64,000 nucleotides of DNA from Candidatus Levyibacteriota bacterium (GTDB lineage: Bacteria; Patescibacteriota; Microgenomatia; Levybacterales; UBA12049). The stretch's first letter is position 1, and every line of letters starts with the position of its first letter. This document shows positions 21,716-32,080 of the stretch, piece by piece. Below the pieces are notes generated by a model. That model made no database searches. It saw only the letters and a list, made by a program, of their open reading frames with translations, and was not told the DNA's origin. The stretch is taken from positions 686,980 to 750,979 of the forward strand of contig CAWBPM010000002.1 of the NCBI GenBank assembly GCA_963790825.1, in the 5' to 3' direction. The position numbers and the translations under genes were made by a program.

Positions 21716-22882
21716 TTAGTTGTTGTTAACAGTACACCGCAAGGCAGGGATAAACATATTTCTTAACCAACCCGGCATACGAGGATGATCGGCAATAAAT
21801 CTCACAGCGAACCTAGCAAACCACATCGGCATATGGCATTTATATGGGGGCGTAGGAGTCACCGACACATGAGGCGTAATTGATACAGGAGGCAAACATA
21901 CATATTTTATACCGATAGCATCACAATGCTCTCCGGGGCCGGTTTGTGTACAACCAAACTTTTCAGATTGACACGAAGTACCGGATGGACATGAATTTGT
22001 TGCTCCCGGTGTACAACCTACGGCTTGCGTCGGCGTTCCATTAACTGGCTGCGTTGGAATTGTAGTAGTATTATTACCTCCAGCTGGCGAGGTAGGCACA
22101 GGCGTCATCGTTGACGTTGGAGAAACTGGTGTAGTTGGTATCTGCGTCGGTGGAGGACAACCAAGACAAAATACAGGAGTTGTAGGCGTTGGAGCTTCAG
22201 TCGGTGTTGAAACAACAGTTGTCGGAGTTGGAGGAGCTGATGTTGGTCCCCCTTGACCTACGGTAATTACGGCAGGAACCGTTGAGGAGATAACGTTCTC
22301 GCTTGCGGAATCATTTGGACTTACAGAGAAAGCCTGCGTATTACTCGAGAAAGCGACTGGTGAATTAGTCACGTTACCTAAAGCCGTAAGACTAAGTGTT
22401 CCTAGTGTGGCTGTTTGTTGGATTGCTTTGGTTGGGTCATTACCTACCGACAAAACCACCTGCACCTTACCCGTACTATAAATAGGACCCTCCAAAACCG
22501 TCGAGAAGGCTGCGCTATTCGGAACAAATGCAGTAGCACTGGTCGGCTGGAAATAAGTCGGATTATAGGTAATTTCCAATTTTACGAGAGATACCTCGTT
22601 CGTTCCGGGATTAAGTGTGATTGTTAACGGAATAACATCACCGATGTTTGAGTTAACCGCAGCAGGAGAGAATACAAGTGATGTCGCTGCTGTGGCATTA
22701 CTTTGGTATTGCTGCTGCATACGGGCTGCAGAAACTGCCAGAAGAATCACAAAAACTACAACGGCAACAACTAGGACAATGTAAAATTCTTTCCGAAGAT
22801 AAAGCGGCTTCTTTCGAGATGATACTGTTGCCTTTTTTTTCATAGCTGTGGCTGCTTTTTTCTTTTTATGACGGCTCGGCAT
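21716..22882 (-). CDS. Membrane-anchored cohesin-like domain protein with Pro/Thr stalk and Cys-rich tip
   Basis: TM, beta-rich domain (LEITYNP...LGTLSLTA), PTPT repeats. Confidence 0.7.
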   Translation of the reverse strand: MPSRHKKKKAATAMKKKATVSSRKKPLYLRKEFYIVLVVAVVVFVILLAVSAARMQQQYQSNATAATSLVFSPAAVNSNIGDVIPLTITLNPGTNEVSLVKLEITYNPTYFQPTSATAFVPNSAAFSTVLEGPIYSTGKVQVVLSVGNDPTKAIQQTATLGTLSLTALGNVTNSPVAFSSNTQAFSVSPNDSASENVISSTVPAVITVGQGGPTSAPPTPTTVVSTPTEAPTPTTPVFCLGCPPPTQIPTTPVSPTSTMTPVPTSPAGGNNTTTIPTQPVNGTPTQAVGCTPGATNSCPSGTSCQSEKFGCTQTGPGEHCDAIGIKYVCLPPVSITPHVSVTPTPPYKCHMPMWFARFAVRFIADHPRMPGWLRNMFIPALRCTVNNN

Positions 22883-22993
22883 AGTTTACTATTCTTTCCA
22901 ATAATTAAGCTTATCCATATTTTGTCTTTCTTGTCAAGATCTAATTTGAAAGTAATTCTTTCACTCCTAAGGATTCCGTGATATAAATAGATC

Positions 22994-23851
22994 ATGAAAT
23001 TCAAGATTGTTTTTCTCGGTAACACTAAATATTCAACCATTGTCGAAAACCACTTGTTAAAACATTTCGGCCTAACTGCTGTCATTACTTTACCCGATCA
23101 GCCCCAGGGAAGAAAAAAAGTTTTGACGCCTACGCCCGTAAAAGCTCTCGCGCAAGCAAATAATGTTCCTGTGATTAGCGCTCGAAAATTAACCGAGGAT
23201 GTTATCCAGCAAATACAACGTCTGGAGCTGGACTTTCTGGTTGTCGCGGATTATGGATTAATTCTGCCTGTTACCCTTCTGGCAATACCTAAAGCCGCAC
23301 CTTTAAATGTTCATCACTCATTGCTGCCTAAATATAGAGGGCCTGCCCCGGCGCCTTCAGTTATTTTAGCCGGCGAAAAGACCTCCGGCGTTACTATTAT
23401 TAAAATGGTGAAAGAGATTGATGCCGGTGATATTTTGGCCCAAAAGATATATACGCTCTCATCTAAAGAAACCACTGATTCGCTTTTACGCAAACTTAAT
23501 ACATTAGGAGCGGAAATTATCGTACCTGTTATTGAAAATTTCCAAGGTCATAAGCAAAAAGCGCTGGCTCAAGACGCTAGGCAAGCTACTTTTACGAAGT
23601 ATCTTAAGAAACAGGACGGTTTTATAGATTTACAAAGTCCCCTAACTCCAGAAGAATTCGACCGGATGGTAAGAGCTTATTTTCCCTGGCCTACTGTTTG
23701 GACCAGGCTAAAAATTGGGAGCAGCGAAAAAATAGTCAAGTTTTTGCCCGAAAAAATACTGCAAGTAGAAGGTAAACAGCAGACATCTCTCAAAGATTTC
23801 CTAAATGGATACCCCAAGCTTCGTCCGCTTATTGAGCCACTATTTACATAG
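22994..23851 (+). CDS. fmt: Methionyl-tRNA formyltransferase
   Basis: VITLPDQPQGR, NVHHSLLPKYRG, DAGDIL, RAYFPWP. Confidence 0.95.
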   Translation: MKFKIVFLGNTKYSTIVENHLLKHFGLTAVITLPDQPQGRKKVLTPTPVKALAQANNVPVISARKLTEDVIQQIQRLELDFLVVADYGLILPVTLLAIPKAAPLNVHHSLLPKYRGPAPAPSVILAGEKTSGVTIIKMVKEIDAGDILAQKIYTLSSKETTDSLLRKLNTLGAEIIVPVIENFQGHKQKALAQDARQATFTKYLKKQDGFIDLQSPLTPEEFDRMVRAYFPWPTVWTRLKIGSSEKIVKFLPEKILQVEGKQQTSLKDFLNGYPKLRPLIEPLFT

Positions 23852-23925
23852 TCACATCTACATTTTGTCAGGACTAAACGGCAAAAAGCCAGGGGTAAAA
23901 ATTAATACGGTAGAAAATAAGTAGA

Positions 23926-24156
23926 TTATACAGCGACAGCCTGAGAAGTCTTTGCGTTACGTGCTGCTTCAAGTCGTTTATACATTCTTTGGCATTTTGT
24001 ACAGAGTCTTCGGGTCTCCCGCATTGTCCCCACGAGAATCCGCGCTGAATGAAGATTCGGTTTAAAAGTTCTGTTGGTCCGGTTTTTTGCATGGGACACA
24101 TTATGCCCGAACATAACACCTTTTCCGCAATTATCACATTGCAATGCCATAGACAA
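23926..24156 (-). CDS. rpmB: 50S ribosomal protein L28
   Basis: CDNCGKGVMFGHNVSHAKNRTNRTFKPNL. Confidence 0.95.
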   Translation of the reverse strand: MSMALQCDNCGKGVMFGHNVSHAKNRTNRTFKPNLHSARILVGTMRETRRLCTKCQRMYKRLEAARNAKTSQAVAV

Positions 24157-24225
24157 TTTTCCTCTTTGTTAGTATACTAAAAACTAATCGGAATTACAAA
24201 TCCCAATCTACTGCCTTAATTTTTT

Positions 24226-24894
24226 ATGGAAATTGCAACAAATCCATTATTTTTGGGTCTTTTGAGTATTATCATTTTAATTTTTTCAGCAATTTTTCAC
24301 GAGATTGCGCATGGTTACGTCGCAGAGCAGCTTGGCGATCCGACAGCCAGACTCATGGGGCGGTTGACCCTGGATCCCAGAAAACACATCGATCCGTTTA
24401 TGAGTATTCTTCTGCCTCTTATGCTCATTCTCTCAGGCTCTCCTGTAATTTTTGGCGGAGCAAAGCCGGTACCGATTGATCCGTTTAATTTAAAAGAGGG
24501 CAGAAAAGATATCGCGCTTGTTTCTTTGTCCGGACCACTAACAAATGTAATTATTGCTATTATTGCCGCTGTACTTTTTCGGGTTTTATTTCCCCATCCG
24601 CTCATGGAAATTACAAATCCTGCAGTTTATCTTTTTGGCTATATCTTACTAACTATTGCAAGGATTAATGTGCTTTTGGCAATTTTTAATTTAATCCCGA
24701 TTCCTCCACTTGACGGCTCAAAAGTATTTGCTCTTATTCTGCCTGAAGAAATGGCCGCAGTATATCTCGGACTTTCTTCAGTCGGCATGCTACTTCTTTT
24801 CTTTCTGCTTTTTTTCCCAATCGGTTCATTTTCTTTACAAACACTTATTTCTGACGTCTACGGCTTTAGTTTATCGCTTCTTGGCTTACCGTAA
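24226..24894 (+). CDS. Site-2 protease (M50)
   Basis: HEIAH, GDPTA, FNLIPIPPLDG. Confidence 0.93.
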   Translation: MEIATNPLFLGLLSIIILIFSAIFHEIAHGYVAEQLGDPTARLMGRLTLDPRKHIDPFMSILLPLMLILSGSPVIFGGAKPVPIDPFNLKEGRKDIALVSLSGPLTNVIIAIIAAVLFRVLFPHPLMEITNPAVYLFGYILLTIARINVLLAIFNLIPIPPLDGSKVFALILPEEMAAVYLGLSSVGMLLLFFLLFFPIGSFSLQTLISDVYGFSLSLLGLP

Positions 24895-24906
24895 TAACGC
24901 AACATT

Positions 24907-25230
24907 TTAACGTGTTATTACCGAGAGTTCACTATATACATTGATTTTACCATTTACCCGGTCATATACTATAAATGCTCTTTGGTATTCGAGAAAGTTG
25001 GGATATTTTTTCTCTACAAGAATTAAACCTGAGGTACTCCGATCTAATATCGGGGAATGAGGTGCATTTTGTTCCGCTGTGGCGGGATAAATAACCTTCC
25101 TGTTACACTTCGGGAAAACTAACAACATTTCTCGATATCTAAAGAGTGTACTTATTGAAGCTCCGGCAAATTTATGCTGGAGAATTTTAATAAATTTTAT
25201 CGGAGCTGAAATCCAGCGAAGTTTTGTCAT
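24907..25230 (-). CDS. Hypothetical protein (doubtful)
   Basis: 107-aa ORF only; its ATG lies in a palindromic element. Confidence 0.3.
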   Translation of the reverse strand: MTKLRWISAPIKFIKILQHKFAGASISTLFRYREMLLVFPKCNRKVIYPATAEQNAPHSPILDRSTSGLILVEKKYPNFLEYQRAFIVYDRVNGKINVYSELSVITR

Positions 25231-25375
25231 CCGTAGCCACGTTTAGTTTCATGAATGTGGCGGAGGATGAAGCGAAGGCAGATTAAAACCATACTTTACT
25301 AGTGTGGTTTTTTTGTTGCAAACTTGTAAGTTGCGTAGATTTAGTCAGGTTTGATAGAATAAGCCATATCTGCCA

Positions 25376-25447
25376 GCCGACATAGCTCAGTGGTAGAGCA
25401 ACACTTTTGTAAAGTGAAGGTCGAGGGTTCAAATCCCCCTGTCGGCT
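25376..25447 (+). tRNA. tRNA-Thr(TGT)
   Basis: GCCGACATAGCTCAGTGGTAGAGC...TTTGTAA...GGTTCAAATCC...TGTCGGC. Confidence 0.93.
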
Positions 25448-25471
25448 CAAAAAAATGATATAATACTCGAT

Positions 25472-25886
25472 ATGGGTTTGTGCCTAGTTTGTAGCAGAAA
25501 ACCAAATAGGTCTTCCTATAAATACTGCTCAAATAAATGCCAACGTAATTATCAGTATCAAGAATATATCAGAAAATGGAAACTGGGGTTAGTAACTGGA
25601 GAAAGAGGCGTAGTTACTAAAAAATATTTCTAATCATGTTAAAAGATATCTTGTTGAAAAATATGGAGAACAATGTTTTCTATGTAAGTGGAATAAAAAG
25701 CATCCAGTAACGGGAAAAGTACCATTAGAGATAGATCATATAAATGGAAACGCTGAGGATAATCGCGAAGAAAACTTACGATTGATCTGCCCAAATTGCC
25801 ATGCATTGAGTTTAAATTTTAGAAATTTGAATAAAGGTAATGGGAGATATTGGAGAAAGATAAAATATATAAAAAATGTAATTTAG
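25472..25886 (+). pseudogene. HNH endonuclease with +1 frameshift (pseudogene or homopolymer error)
   Basis: MGLCLVC...YCSNKCQ, then after the A6 run at ~25619-25624 CFLCKW...PLEIDHINGNAEDNREENLRLICPNCH. Confidence 0.85.
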
Positions 25887-25893
25887 GATTCTT

Positions 25894-25977
25894 GCTGGGT
25901 TCGCATAGCGGCAATTGCATCTGGCTGTAGACCAGACGGTCGAAAGGCCTACGGGGGTTCGAGTCCCTCACCCAGCA
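25894..25977 (+). tRNA. tRNA-Tyr(GTA)
   Basis: Cloverleaf with CTGTAGA loop and long variable arm. Confidence 0.93.
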
Positions 25978-26075
25978 CTGATATGCGGCGCTTACTTTGG
26001 CTTGCAAAAATGCTTCGCCAAAGAGCACTATATCAGTTGCAGGCATAGAAATTGTATATTGTTTCATTGTATGCT

Positions 26076-26147
26076 GCCGGCTTGGCTCAGTGGTAGAGCA
26101 AGTCATTGGTAATGACTAGATCGTGGGTCCGATTCCCACAGCCGGCT
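26076..26147 (+). tRNA. tRNA-Thr(GGT)
   Basis: AGTCA-TTGGTAA-TGACT anticodon arm; T-loop TCCGATT. Confidence 0.92.
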
Positions 26148-26327
26148 CAACTAATAACTTGCATATTATGGACCAGGATTACATCTTCAATTCACGAAAC
26201 ATTTGTGCTAAAATGTGAGGTAGTCGTTAAGAAGTTGTATGGTTTTGCGAGAACATTAAAAGAAAATTCTCATTAAGTTTAGTTTAGGCATTGAGTCTTA
26301 AGTATTTAATTTTTAGTTTTAAGTTAT

Positions 26328-26501
26328 ATGGCAAAAGCAGAACACAGAATCATTATTGGTCTTGTTTGTCCAATTTGTAAAAACCGGAATTATGTTTCGC
26401 AGAAAAATAAGCTTGAAACACCGGAAAAGTTGGTGTTAAAGAAATTCTGCAAGCATTGCCGTAAAGTAACGGAGCACAAGGAAACAGAGAAACTCAAATA
26501 G
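26328..26501 (+). CDS. rpmG: 50S ribosomal protein L33 (not in ORF track)
   Basis: MAKAEHRIIIGLVCPICKNRNYVSQKNKLETPEKLVLKKFCKHCRKVTEHKE. Confidence 0.96.
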   Translation: MAKAEHRIIIGLVCPICKNRNYVSQKNKLETPEKLVLKKFCKHCRKVTEHKETEKLK

Positions 26502-26599
26502 TATTCAGTAACTTGTATTATGTATCATGCATAACTACAAAAAAAACTCACCCACTCCTTTATACTTAATACAAAATACCTTATACTTAATACAAATCT

Positions 26600-26673
26600 A
26601 GGGGTGTGGTGAAACGGTATCACAGCAGTCTCCAAAACTGCTTTTCACGGTTCGAATCCGTGCACCCCTGCCA
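26600..26673 (+). tRNA. tRNA-Trp(CCA)
   Basis: GCAGT-CTCCAAA-ACTGC anticodon arm, encoded CCA, follows rpmG. Confidence 0.95.
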
Positions 26674-26783
26674 TGAAGGATGCGCTGAGAAGAGAAAAGT
26701 ATTTTAAAACAAACCCAGGTAAAAAAACTCTTAAATTAATGTTGCGCGAATTCCATGAATCTTCTCCTAAGGCACTTGGATAG
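26673..26783 (+). pseudogene. C-terminal remnant of a GIY-YIG nuclease
   Basis: MKDALRREKYFKTNPGKKTLKLML resembles DATKREKQLK...KKDLK of the 145-402 protein. Confidence 0.7.
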
Positions 26784-27020
26784 ATATTGAGGGCCAAGTG
26801 ACTGTGTATTCCAAAATTCAACTATCCTCCCCTCTTTTCCTTTCCTAAAATGGTCACCATTGAATTCACATTTTAGCTTGATTTGGCGACCCGTTCACCA
26901 TTTTGACCATTTAAATGGTGGTTTTCAAAGCTACCCAGCCTCAAGCAAACCATTTTAACCTGTTTAACCTTAAATTTTATACACTCACAAACGGATTCGA
27001 GCCTCTGTTATAATCTGTTT

Positions 27021-27449
27021 ATGAACGATCTAAATTTTATCGTCACGGAAGGTGAGCCAAAACCGGAAGATTTCAAAGCCCTCTCTACGGGTCTTCTCTC
27101 TCACCATGCCAGTCATTGCCACATAAGAACATGGGAGAAATATTGTATATTTCTAAAAGATAAACAAGGTAAAGCACACGCAGGCATTATTGTTACATTT
27201 TTATGGAATGGCATGCATATCGATTCCCTGTGGGTAGATGAATCGATTCGAGAACAAGACTTCGGAAGTCAACTTATGCTGATGGCGGAAGACGAAGCAC
27301 GGAAAAGAAATTGTACTATAGCGTATACAGATACTTTTTCCTGGCAAGCACCTGGTTTTTATGAAAAACTCGGATATACTCTTTATGGAAAACTTGAAGA
27401 CTTTCCGGAGGATAATGCATTAAGCTACTACAGTAAAAAGCTGACATAG
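27021..27449 (+). CDS. GNAT acetyltransferase
   Basis: IDSLWVDESIREQDFGSQLM, DTFSWQAPGFYEKLGY. Confidence 0.92.
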   Translation: MNDLNFIVTEGEPKPEDFKALSTGLLSHHASHCHIRTWEKYCIFLKDKQGKAHAGIIVTFLWNGMHIDSLWVDESIREQDFGSQLMLMAEDEARKRNCTIAYTDTFSWQAPGFYEKLGYTLYGKLEDFPEDNALSYYSKKLT

Positions 27450-27618
27450 TTCCTAACTTCAGACGAATTGAAAAACAATTCGTTCCTACAAATTTACATA
27501 ACCGTGTAAAATATATTTCATCATGCCCGTATTATAAAAGATTAGGTAATGGTTGCGCAAAAAGCCCTTGTTTTTTACCTTCCATTTCCCTATACTCCTT
27601 TTGCTAATTTAAAATACT

Positions 27619-29223
27619 ATGCCGGCTATAAGTGAACTTACTCGTCCCCTCTTAGAAGAACAGCGATATCTAGCTGACTTTCCCTGGACCAATGTTGAGG
27701 CAGATCTAGACAGAATTTATGGCCGCGGGCAAATCGAGATCGGCTTCCCCCCGGGAGTTGCGAGAATCTTTCCCCAAGCAGCCAGGAATAATTCGGCTGC
27801 CATAAATGGCGTCATGTACGGAGATGAGGGAAAAGGCAGATGGGTCGATAATAAAATTGCCGGCCTTTTAGAAGCTCCTGGTATTCAATCAGTGAATGCT
27901 ATTCGCTACCAAGGCGGTAATAACGCGGGACATACTATTGAAATGGAAAATGGAAAACGCGTTGCCCTGCATGTTATCCCGTCAGCGATTATGTATGAGA
28001 AAGCACGAGGAATAATCGACCAAGGAGTCGTCGTCCACGTAGAAGATCTCCGGACAGAAATGGGATACGCCGAAGGAATAGTTGGGAATTTGAAAGGGAG
28101 AGTACTTCTCTCGAGTCATGCGCTCTTGTGCACAGACTTGGAGCGTGCTGAAGAAGTTGCAAATCGAGTGAAATCAAACGGTGCTGCAAATGGAGGAACA
28201 GCACGAGGTATCGGACCCACCTACGCACATCACTATGATAGGTTAGGACTTAAAGTTGAAGATTTAGTAAAAGAAAATTGGAGAACACGTTTAGGTGACC
28301 GGTATGATCGATATCAAAAAGAATTTGCCAGTATCGGCATGGACCTTGCGACTACAAAAGTTCCCGATTTTCATTCTGTAAAACTCGAAGGAAAAATGGC
28401 CAGCCGTACCGTGGGCTTGAAAGAAGAATTTTTAGATCGTCTTGAAGTATCCCGGCAGTGGCTGCTTAGTCGGAACATGACGACAGATACCCTGCCTCTC
28501 CACCGGGAAATATTCCATGACCCAAGCCAAGGGGTACTATTTGAAGGTGCCCAGGGAATTGGTCTGAATGCCTGGTTCGGCTCGTATCCTGATGTTACCG
28601 CATCTGATACATCCGCCTGGGGTATTTTAGCAGGCACAGGATATTGGCGTCCCGATAATGTAAAAGAAAGAATCGGAATACTGAAAGGTCCATATACTTC
28701 AAGCGTTGGCAAACGCCGGCTCCCAACACAAATTCATTTGGCAAAAGATAATAACGACCTGCCGTCCCATGCCACACTTGTAGAAGAACGGGGAGTTTTT
28801 ATCCGTAATAAAGCACGTGAACGAGGAACAACCACCGGCAGATGGCGGGACGTCTCAGAGCTCGACCTAGCCAATCTTTCGTATAATGCAGTCGTGGCAG
28901 GAGTTGACGTGCTGGCAGTAACCATGATGGACGTTGTAAGAGAAACTGATACTATCCGCGTCAGCACACACCATGAAAAAGATGGAAAACCAGTTCCCTT
29001 CAGACCTGGAATGGAATACATGAGCTGCCTTACTCCTGTATACGTGAATTTACCTGGATGGGACGGTGAAAAATGCAGCCAGGCAACCTCGATAGCAGAA
29101 TTCCCCATAGAAGCACAGCAATATCTCTCATTTATCCAAGCCCGAACCGCTGTTCCGATTGTCGCAGTAACTGCGAGTCCCGCCAGAAATAGGCTCATAA
29201 CCCTCCCCGGCTACAAAGTTTGA
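27619..29223 (+). CDS. purA: Adenylosuccinate synthetase (divergent)
   Basis: GDEGKG, RYQGGNNAGHT, GIGPTY, EGAQG, GTTTGR. Confidence 0.9.
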   Translation: MPAISELTRPLLEEQRYLADFPWTNVEADLDRIYGRGQIEIGFPPGVARIFPQAARNNSAAINGVMYGDEGKGRWVDNKIAGLLEAPGIQSVNAIRYQGGNNAGHTIEMENGKRVALHVIPSAIMYEKARGIIDQGVVVHVEDLRTEMGYAEGIVGNLKGRVLLSSHALLCTDLERAEEVANRVKSNGAANGGTARGIGPTYAHHYDRLGLKVEDLVKENWRTRLGDRYDRYQKEFASIGMDLATTKVPDFHSVKLEGKMASRTVGLKEEFLDRLEVSRQWLLSRNMTTDTLPLHREIFHDPSQGVLFEGAQGIGLNAWFGSYPDVTASDTSAWGILAGTGYWRPDNVKERIGILKGPYTSSVGKRRLPTQIHLAKDNNDLPSHATLVEERGVFIRNKARERGTTTGRWRDVSELDLANLSYNAVVAGVDVLAVTMMDVVRETDTIRVSTHHEKDGKPVPFRPGMEYMSCLTPVYVNLPGWDGEKCSQATSIAEFPIEAQQYLSFIQARTAVPIVAVTASPARNRLITLPGYKV

Positions 29224-29271
29224 AGCTAGTCAACTAAAAACTACAGCAATTCTCAGACATAGTCTTCTCGT

Positions 29272-29829
29272 CTATAAACCGGATAGTAGCTCAAGTAGGA
29301 ATGGGAATTTTGTATATTCCGGATTTTGACTCGTACTAAAATGACCCTGCCCTTTCTTTATAATAAGTTCAGCACCTAGTTTCTCAGACAAATACTGTGC
29401 ATGCTCCAAAGGACAATGAGGATCATTATCTGAGTGAATAAAAATAAACTTTTTTGCCTTGCTTTTGATCTTGTCAAAATCAAAATCTTCCAGAAAAAGC
29501 TCCTGGAGCGACTTCCAACCCAAATCATTTTTGAATGCCCCAACTAAAACGCATGTTTCAACCTTTGTGTTTTCCGGCAAATGTTGCAGTAAGCCTAATA
29601 TTGCGACAGCTCCTGACGAGTGTCCTACTATTGCAGTTTCTTCATCAAACAACCAATCTTTATTCTGAAAAATAAATTCGTTATACCTTCCGATGTTTGG
29701 TTTTTCTGAATGAGGTAAATCAGGAACCCATACGGTAAATCCCCTCTTTTCCAGCTCTTTTTTCAACCAAGGAAACCAATTATCTTTTGAGCTGCTACCT
29801 GTACCATGTAATATGAGAACTCGCTTCAT
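29272..29829 (-). CDS. RBBP9/YdeN-family alpha/beta hydrolase
   Basis: NWFPWL, GHSSGA, HSDNDP, GHF. Confidence 0.9.
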   Translation of the reverse strand: MKRVLILHGTGSSSKDNWFPWLKKELEKRGFTVWVPDLPHSEKPNIGRYNEFIFQNKDWLFDEETAIVGHSSGAVAILGLLQHLPENTKVETCVLVGAFKNDLGWKSLQELFLEDFDFDKIKSKAKKFIFIHSDNDPHCPLEHAQYLSEKLGAELIIKKGQGHFSTSQNPEYTKFPFLLELLSGL

Positions 29830-29833
29830 AATC

Positions 29834-30385
29834 TCACTTCCATAATTTTTCGAGTTTATCCAGTGCTTCTAATGTACCCGGATCTGTCACTAAACTGTTC
29901 GCGGCAGATGAACTGAGCCATTTTGTTTCATAAAACTCCTTTGCAAGTTTCTCTTGATCTGGATTAAAATTATCCCTCTTCACATGTACAAAATGCCAAA
30001 TGTCATAGTGTATTCGGCAAGGCTGCTTACCGGGATTATCGATATAGGTAATGGTCAATAACAAAGGTCTGCCAATTCTATCTGCTGGGATATCTAGTCC
30101 CCATTCTTCCCCTATTTCCCGATCTAACGCCTGTTCGGGAGCTTCACCCTTATCTATATGACCTCCGTTAAATAACCATAAACCCGATTTTTTATGTTTG
30201 CCCATAAAAACTTCTTTTGCTACTGGGTCATTTGCGGCAAAATAAACACAGAAATGAGTCTCTTTATTTTCGTCTCTCGTCAATTTACCTTGATTTGCTC
30301 GTGCCAGAAACCGCTGAGCTACTTCCTCAGTACTAATGTTTTGAGAAATCCATTGCTTGAGCTTCTTTCCTAACTGATTATTCAT
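29834..30385 (-). CDS. NUDIX hydrolase
   Basis: GGHIDKGEAPEQALDREIGEEWG. Confidence 0.9.
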   Translation of the reverse strand: MNNQLGKKLKQWISQNISTEEVAQRFLARANQGKLTRDENKETHFCVYFAANDPVAKEVFMGKHKKSGLWLFNGGHIDKGEAPEQALDREIGEEWGLDIPADRIGRPLLLTITYIDNPGKQPCRIHYDIWHFVHVKRDNFNPDQEKLAKEFYETKWLSSSAANSLVTDPGTLEALDKLEKLWK

Positions 30386-30499
30386 AGTTGCAGTATAGCA
30401 ACTTCAGTAAGATTTTACTAAGAGTTTCTTGCTACAATACAGCTATAAAAATAAAAACCGAAGATAATATTCAGCCATTTGAAACTCAAGTGATTATTA

Positions 30500-31171
30500 T
30501 TAATCACTTTTGAGTGTCGAAAGCATATAATTAAATATCGTTTCATACGCACTTTTTGCACGTATTATGAGAAGATCGTTTGTTCTCGGCAGAACGACGT
30601 CTTCCGACTGCTCTCCACTTGAATCCTGAAAATATTCCTTTGTCCCCTTAATCGCCGCAACCGTTATCGGAGTTCCCGCTCCGCCGATTGCAAGCTGATC
30701 CGAGTATGACCTTGTGCTGACAGAGACCGAAATGAAACGCGAACTTGTTGAAGCAATGTTTGTGTTGAAGACAACAAAACTAGGCACAAGCGGCTCAAGT
30801 GCTCCTTGGTCTTGCACGACCCAGTCAGGCGAATATTTAATTGAATAGCCATACTTTGCATTGGTATAGGTAACCCAACTTATTCCGGGAACAAGCGTTG
30901 GCGTGGGAGTGTCAGGAATAGAAGTATCCTCTGGAGTAACCGTTGGAATTGGAATAGAAGGCGTCGACGAAGGTCGATTGTTTTGCGTGAGTGCTAAGAA
31001 AGTTTGCGAAGATAGTTTTCTAGCTGAAGGGACAAAAACAATGTATATAATCATTGCCAGCGTTAGAACAAATAAAATTAGTACTAATCCATAATTATTT
31101 TTATAAAAGGGTGTTTTAGTTCCTTGATCGGGATTGACTAGTTGTTGTGGCGCTTCCTGTTCCCCATTCAT
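30500..31171 (-). CDS. Single-pass protein with PsbP-like domain
   Basis: TM, PTPT linker, WVTYTNAKYGYSIKY...FNYMLSTLK. Confidence 0.65.
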   Translation of the reverse strand: MNGEQEAPQQLVNPDQGTKTPFYKNNYGLVLILFVLTLAMIIYIVFVPSARKLSSQTFLALTQNNRPSSTPSIPIPTVTPEDTSIPDTPTPTLVPGISWVTYTNAKYGYSIKYSPDWVVQDQGALEPLVPSFVVFNTNIASTSSRFISVSVSTRSYSDQLAIGGAGTPITVAAIKGTKEYFQDSSGEQSEDVVLPRTNDLLIIRAKSAYETIFNYMLSTLKSD

Positions 31172-31261
31172 ACCTTTATGCTTTCACATTCCGCAGAAGT
31201 GTGTCAAGAGATTGTCCCCCTCCCTTTACTTTTTCCCCAGTCTCTTATACGCTAATCATAG

Positions 31262-31954
31262 ATGTTTAGTGAGTTTAGAGACAGATTACTTCGGATAAAA
31301 CTGCAACGAGATGAGAAAATGGTATCTTTCCTCTTTAGCATAGAGGGAATCGTTATTATTCTCTTGGTAGCAAATATTATTTTTCTCAATTTATATATTT
31401 TGCATAATTTATCTGCTGCGAAATCCACTGCTAATACTACTGCTCCTTCGCCTACTGCTGCTGTCTCTTCCAATTCTCCACTTTCCTCGTCCCCCACAAT
31501 TCTTCCTACAACTTGTCCTAATTGTTTAAATCAAACTCTTTCTCCAACTGTTCTGCCGGTAAATACTTCTTCGCAACCGGTAGTAAATCCGGTAAAAGAT
31601 TATTTTATTCCTCTAGGCAGTGGAACAAATCAAACAAGCGACTGGACCGATATTCCCGGAGTTCAGGCAATTGTCGATTTCGGACAATACCAAAACATTA
31701 AAGAAATTCATCTTGAAGCATCGATCTACGTGCCGACAGCCAACGAAACAGTTTCCGTCAGACTTTATAATCAGTCGGACAATCATCCGGTTTGGTATTC
31801 GGAAATGACAACAGATGGAAGCGCTTCGGATTATTTGACGTCTCCTGCAATAATTTACGATACTGGCTCCAAGCTCTATCAAGTCCAGATGAAAACCCAA
31901 CTCCAATACCCGGCCAATTTGGTCCAGTCCCGAATCCACGTGGTATTAAAGTAG
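31262..31954 (+). CDS. Single-pass membrane protein, Ser/Thr/Pro linker
   Basis: TM helix then low-complexity stalk and beta-rich domain. Confidence 0.65.
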   Translation: MFSEFRDRLLRIKLQRDEKMVSFLFSIEGIVIILLVANIIFLNLYILHNLSAAKSTANTTAPSPTAAVSSNSPLSSSPTILPTTCPNCLNQTLSPTVLPVNTSSQPVVNPVKDYFIPLGSGTNQTSDWTDIPGVQAIVDFGQYQNIKEIHLEASIYVPTANETVSVRLYNQSDNHPVWYSEMTTDGSASDYLTSPAIIYDTGSKLYQVQMKTQLQYPANLVQSRIHVVLK

Positions 31955-32080
31955 AAAAATATGAAAGAACAGTATAAGTTTTTACTATCACGAATGTTAT
32001 GTCTATAAGAAGAGCAGCGAGACAAAGTGAAATAAATCAAGGCACTTGACTTTTCTATTTTTACTTGGAATACTTGAGAT

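Noticed and set aside
27450-27618. Purine riboswitch upstream of purA
   Set aside because: Small hairpins are present but the conserved aptamer core was not recognised
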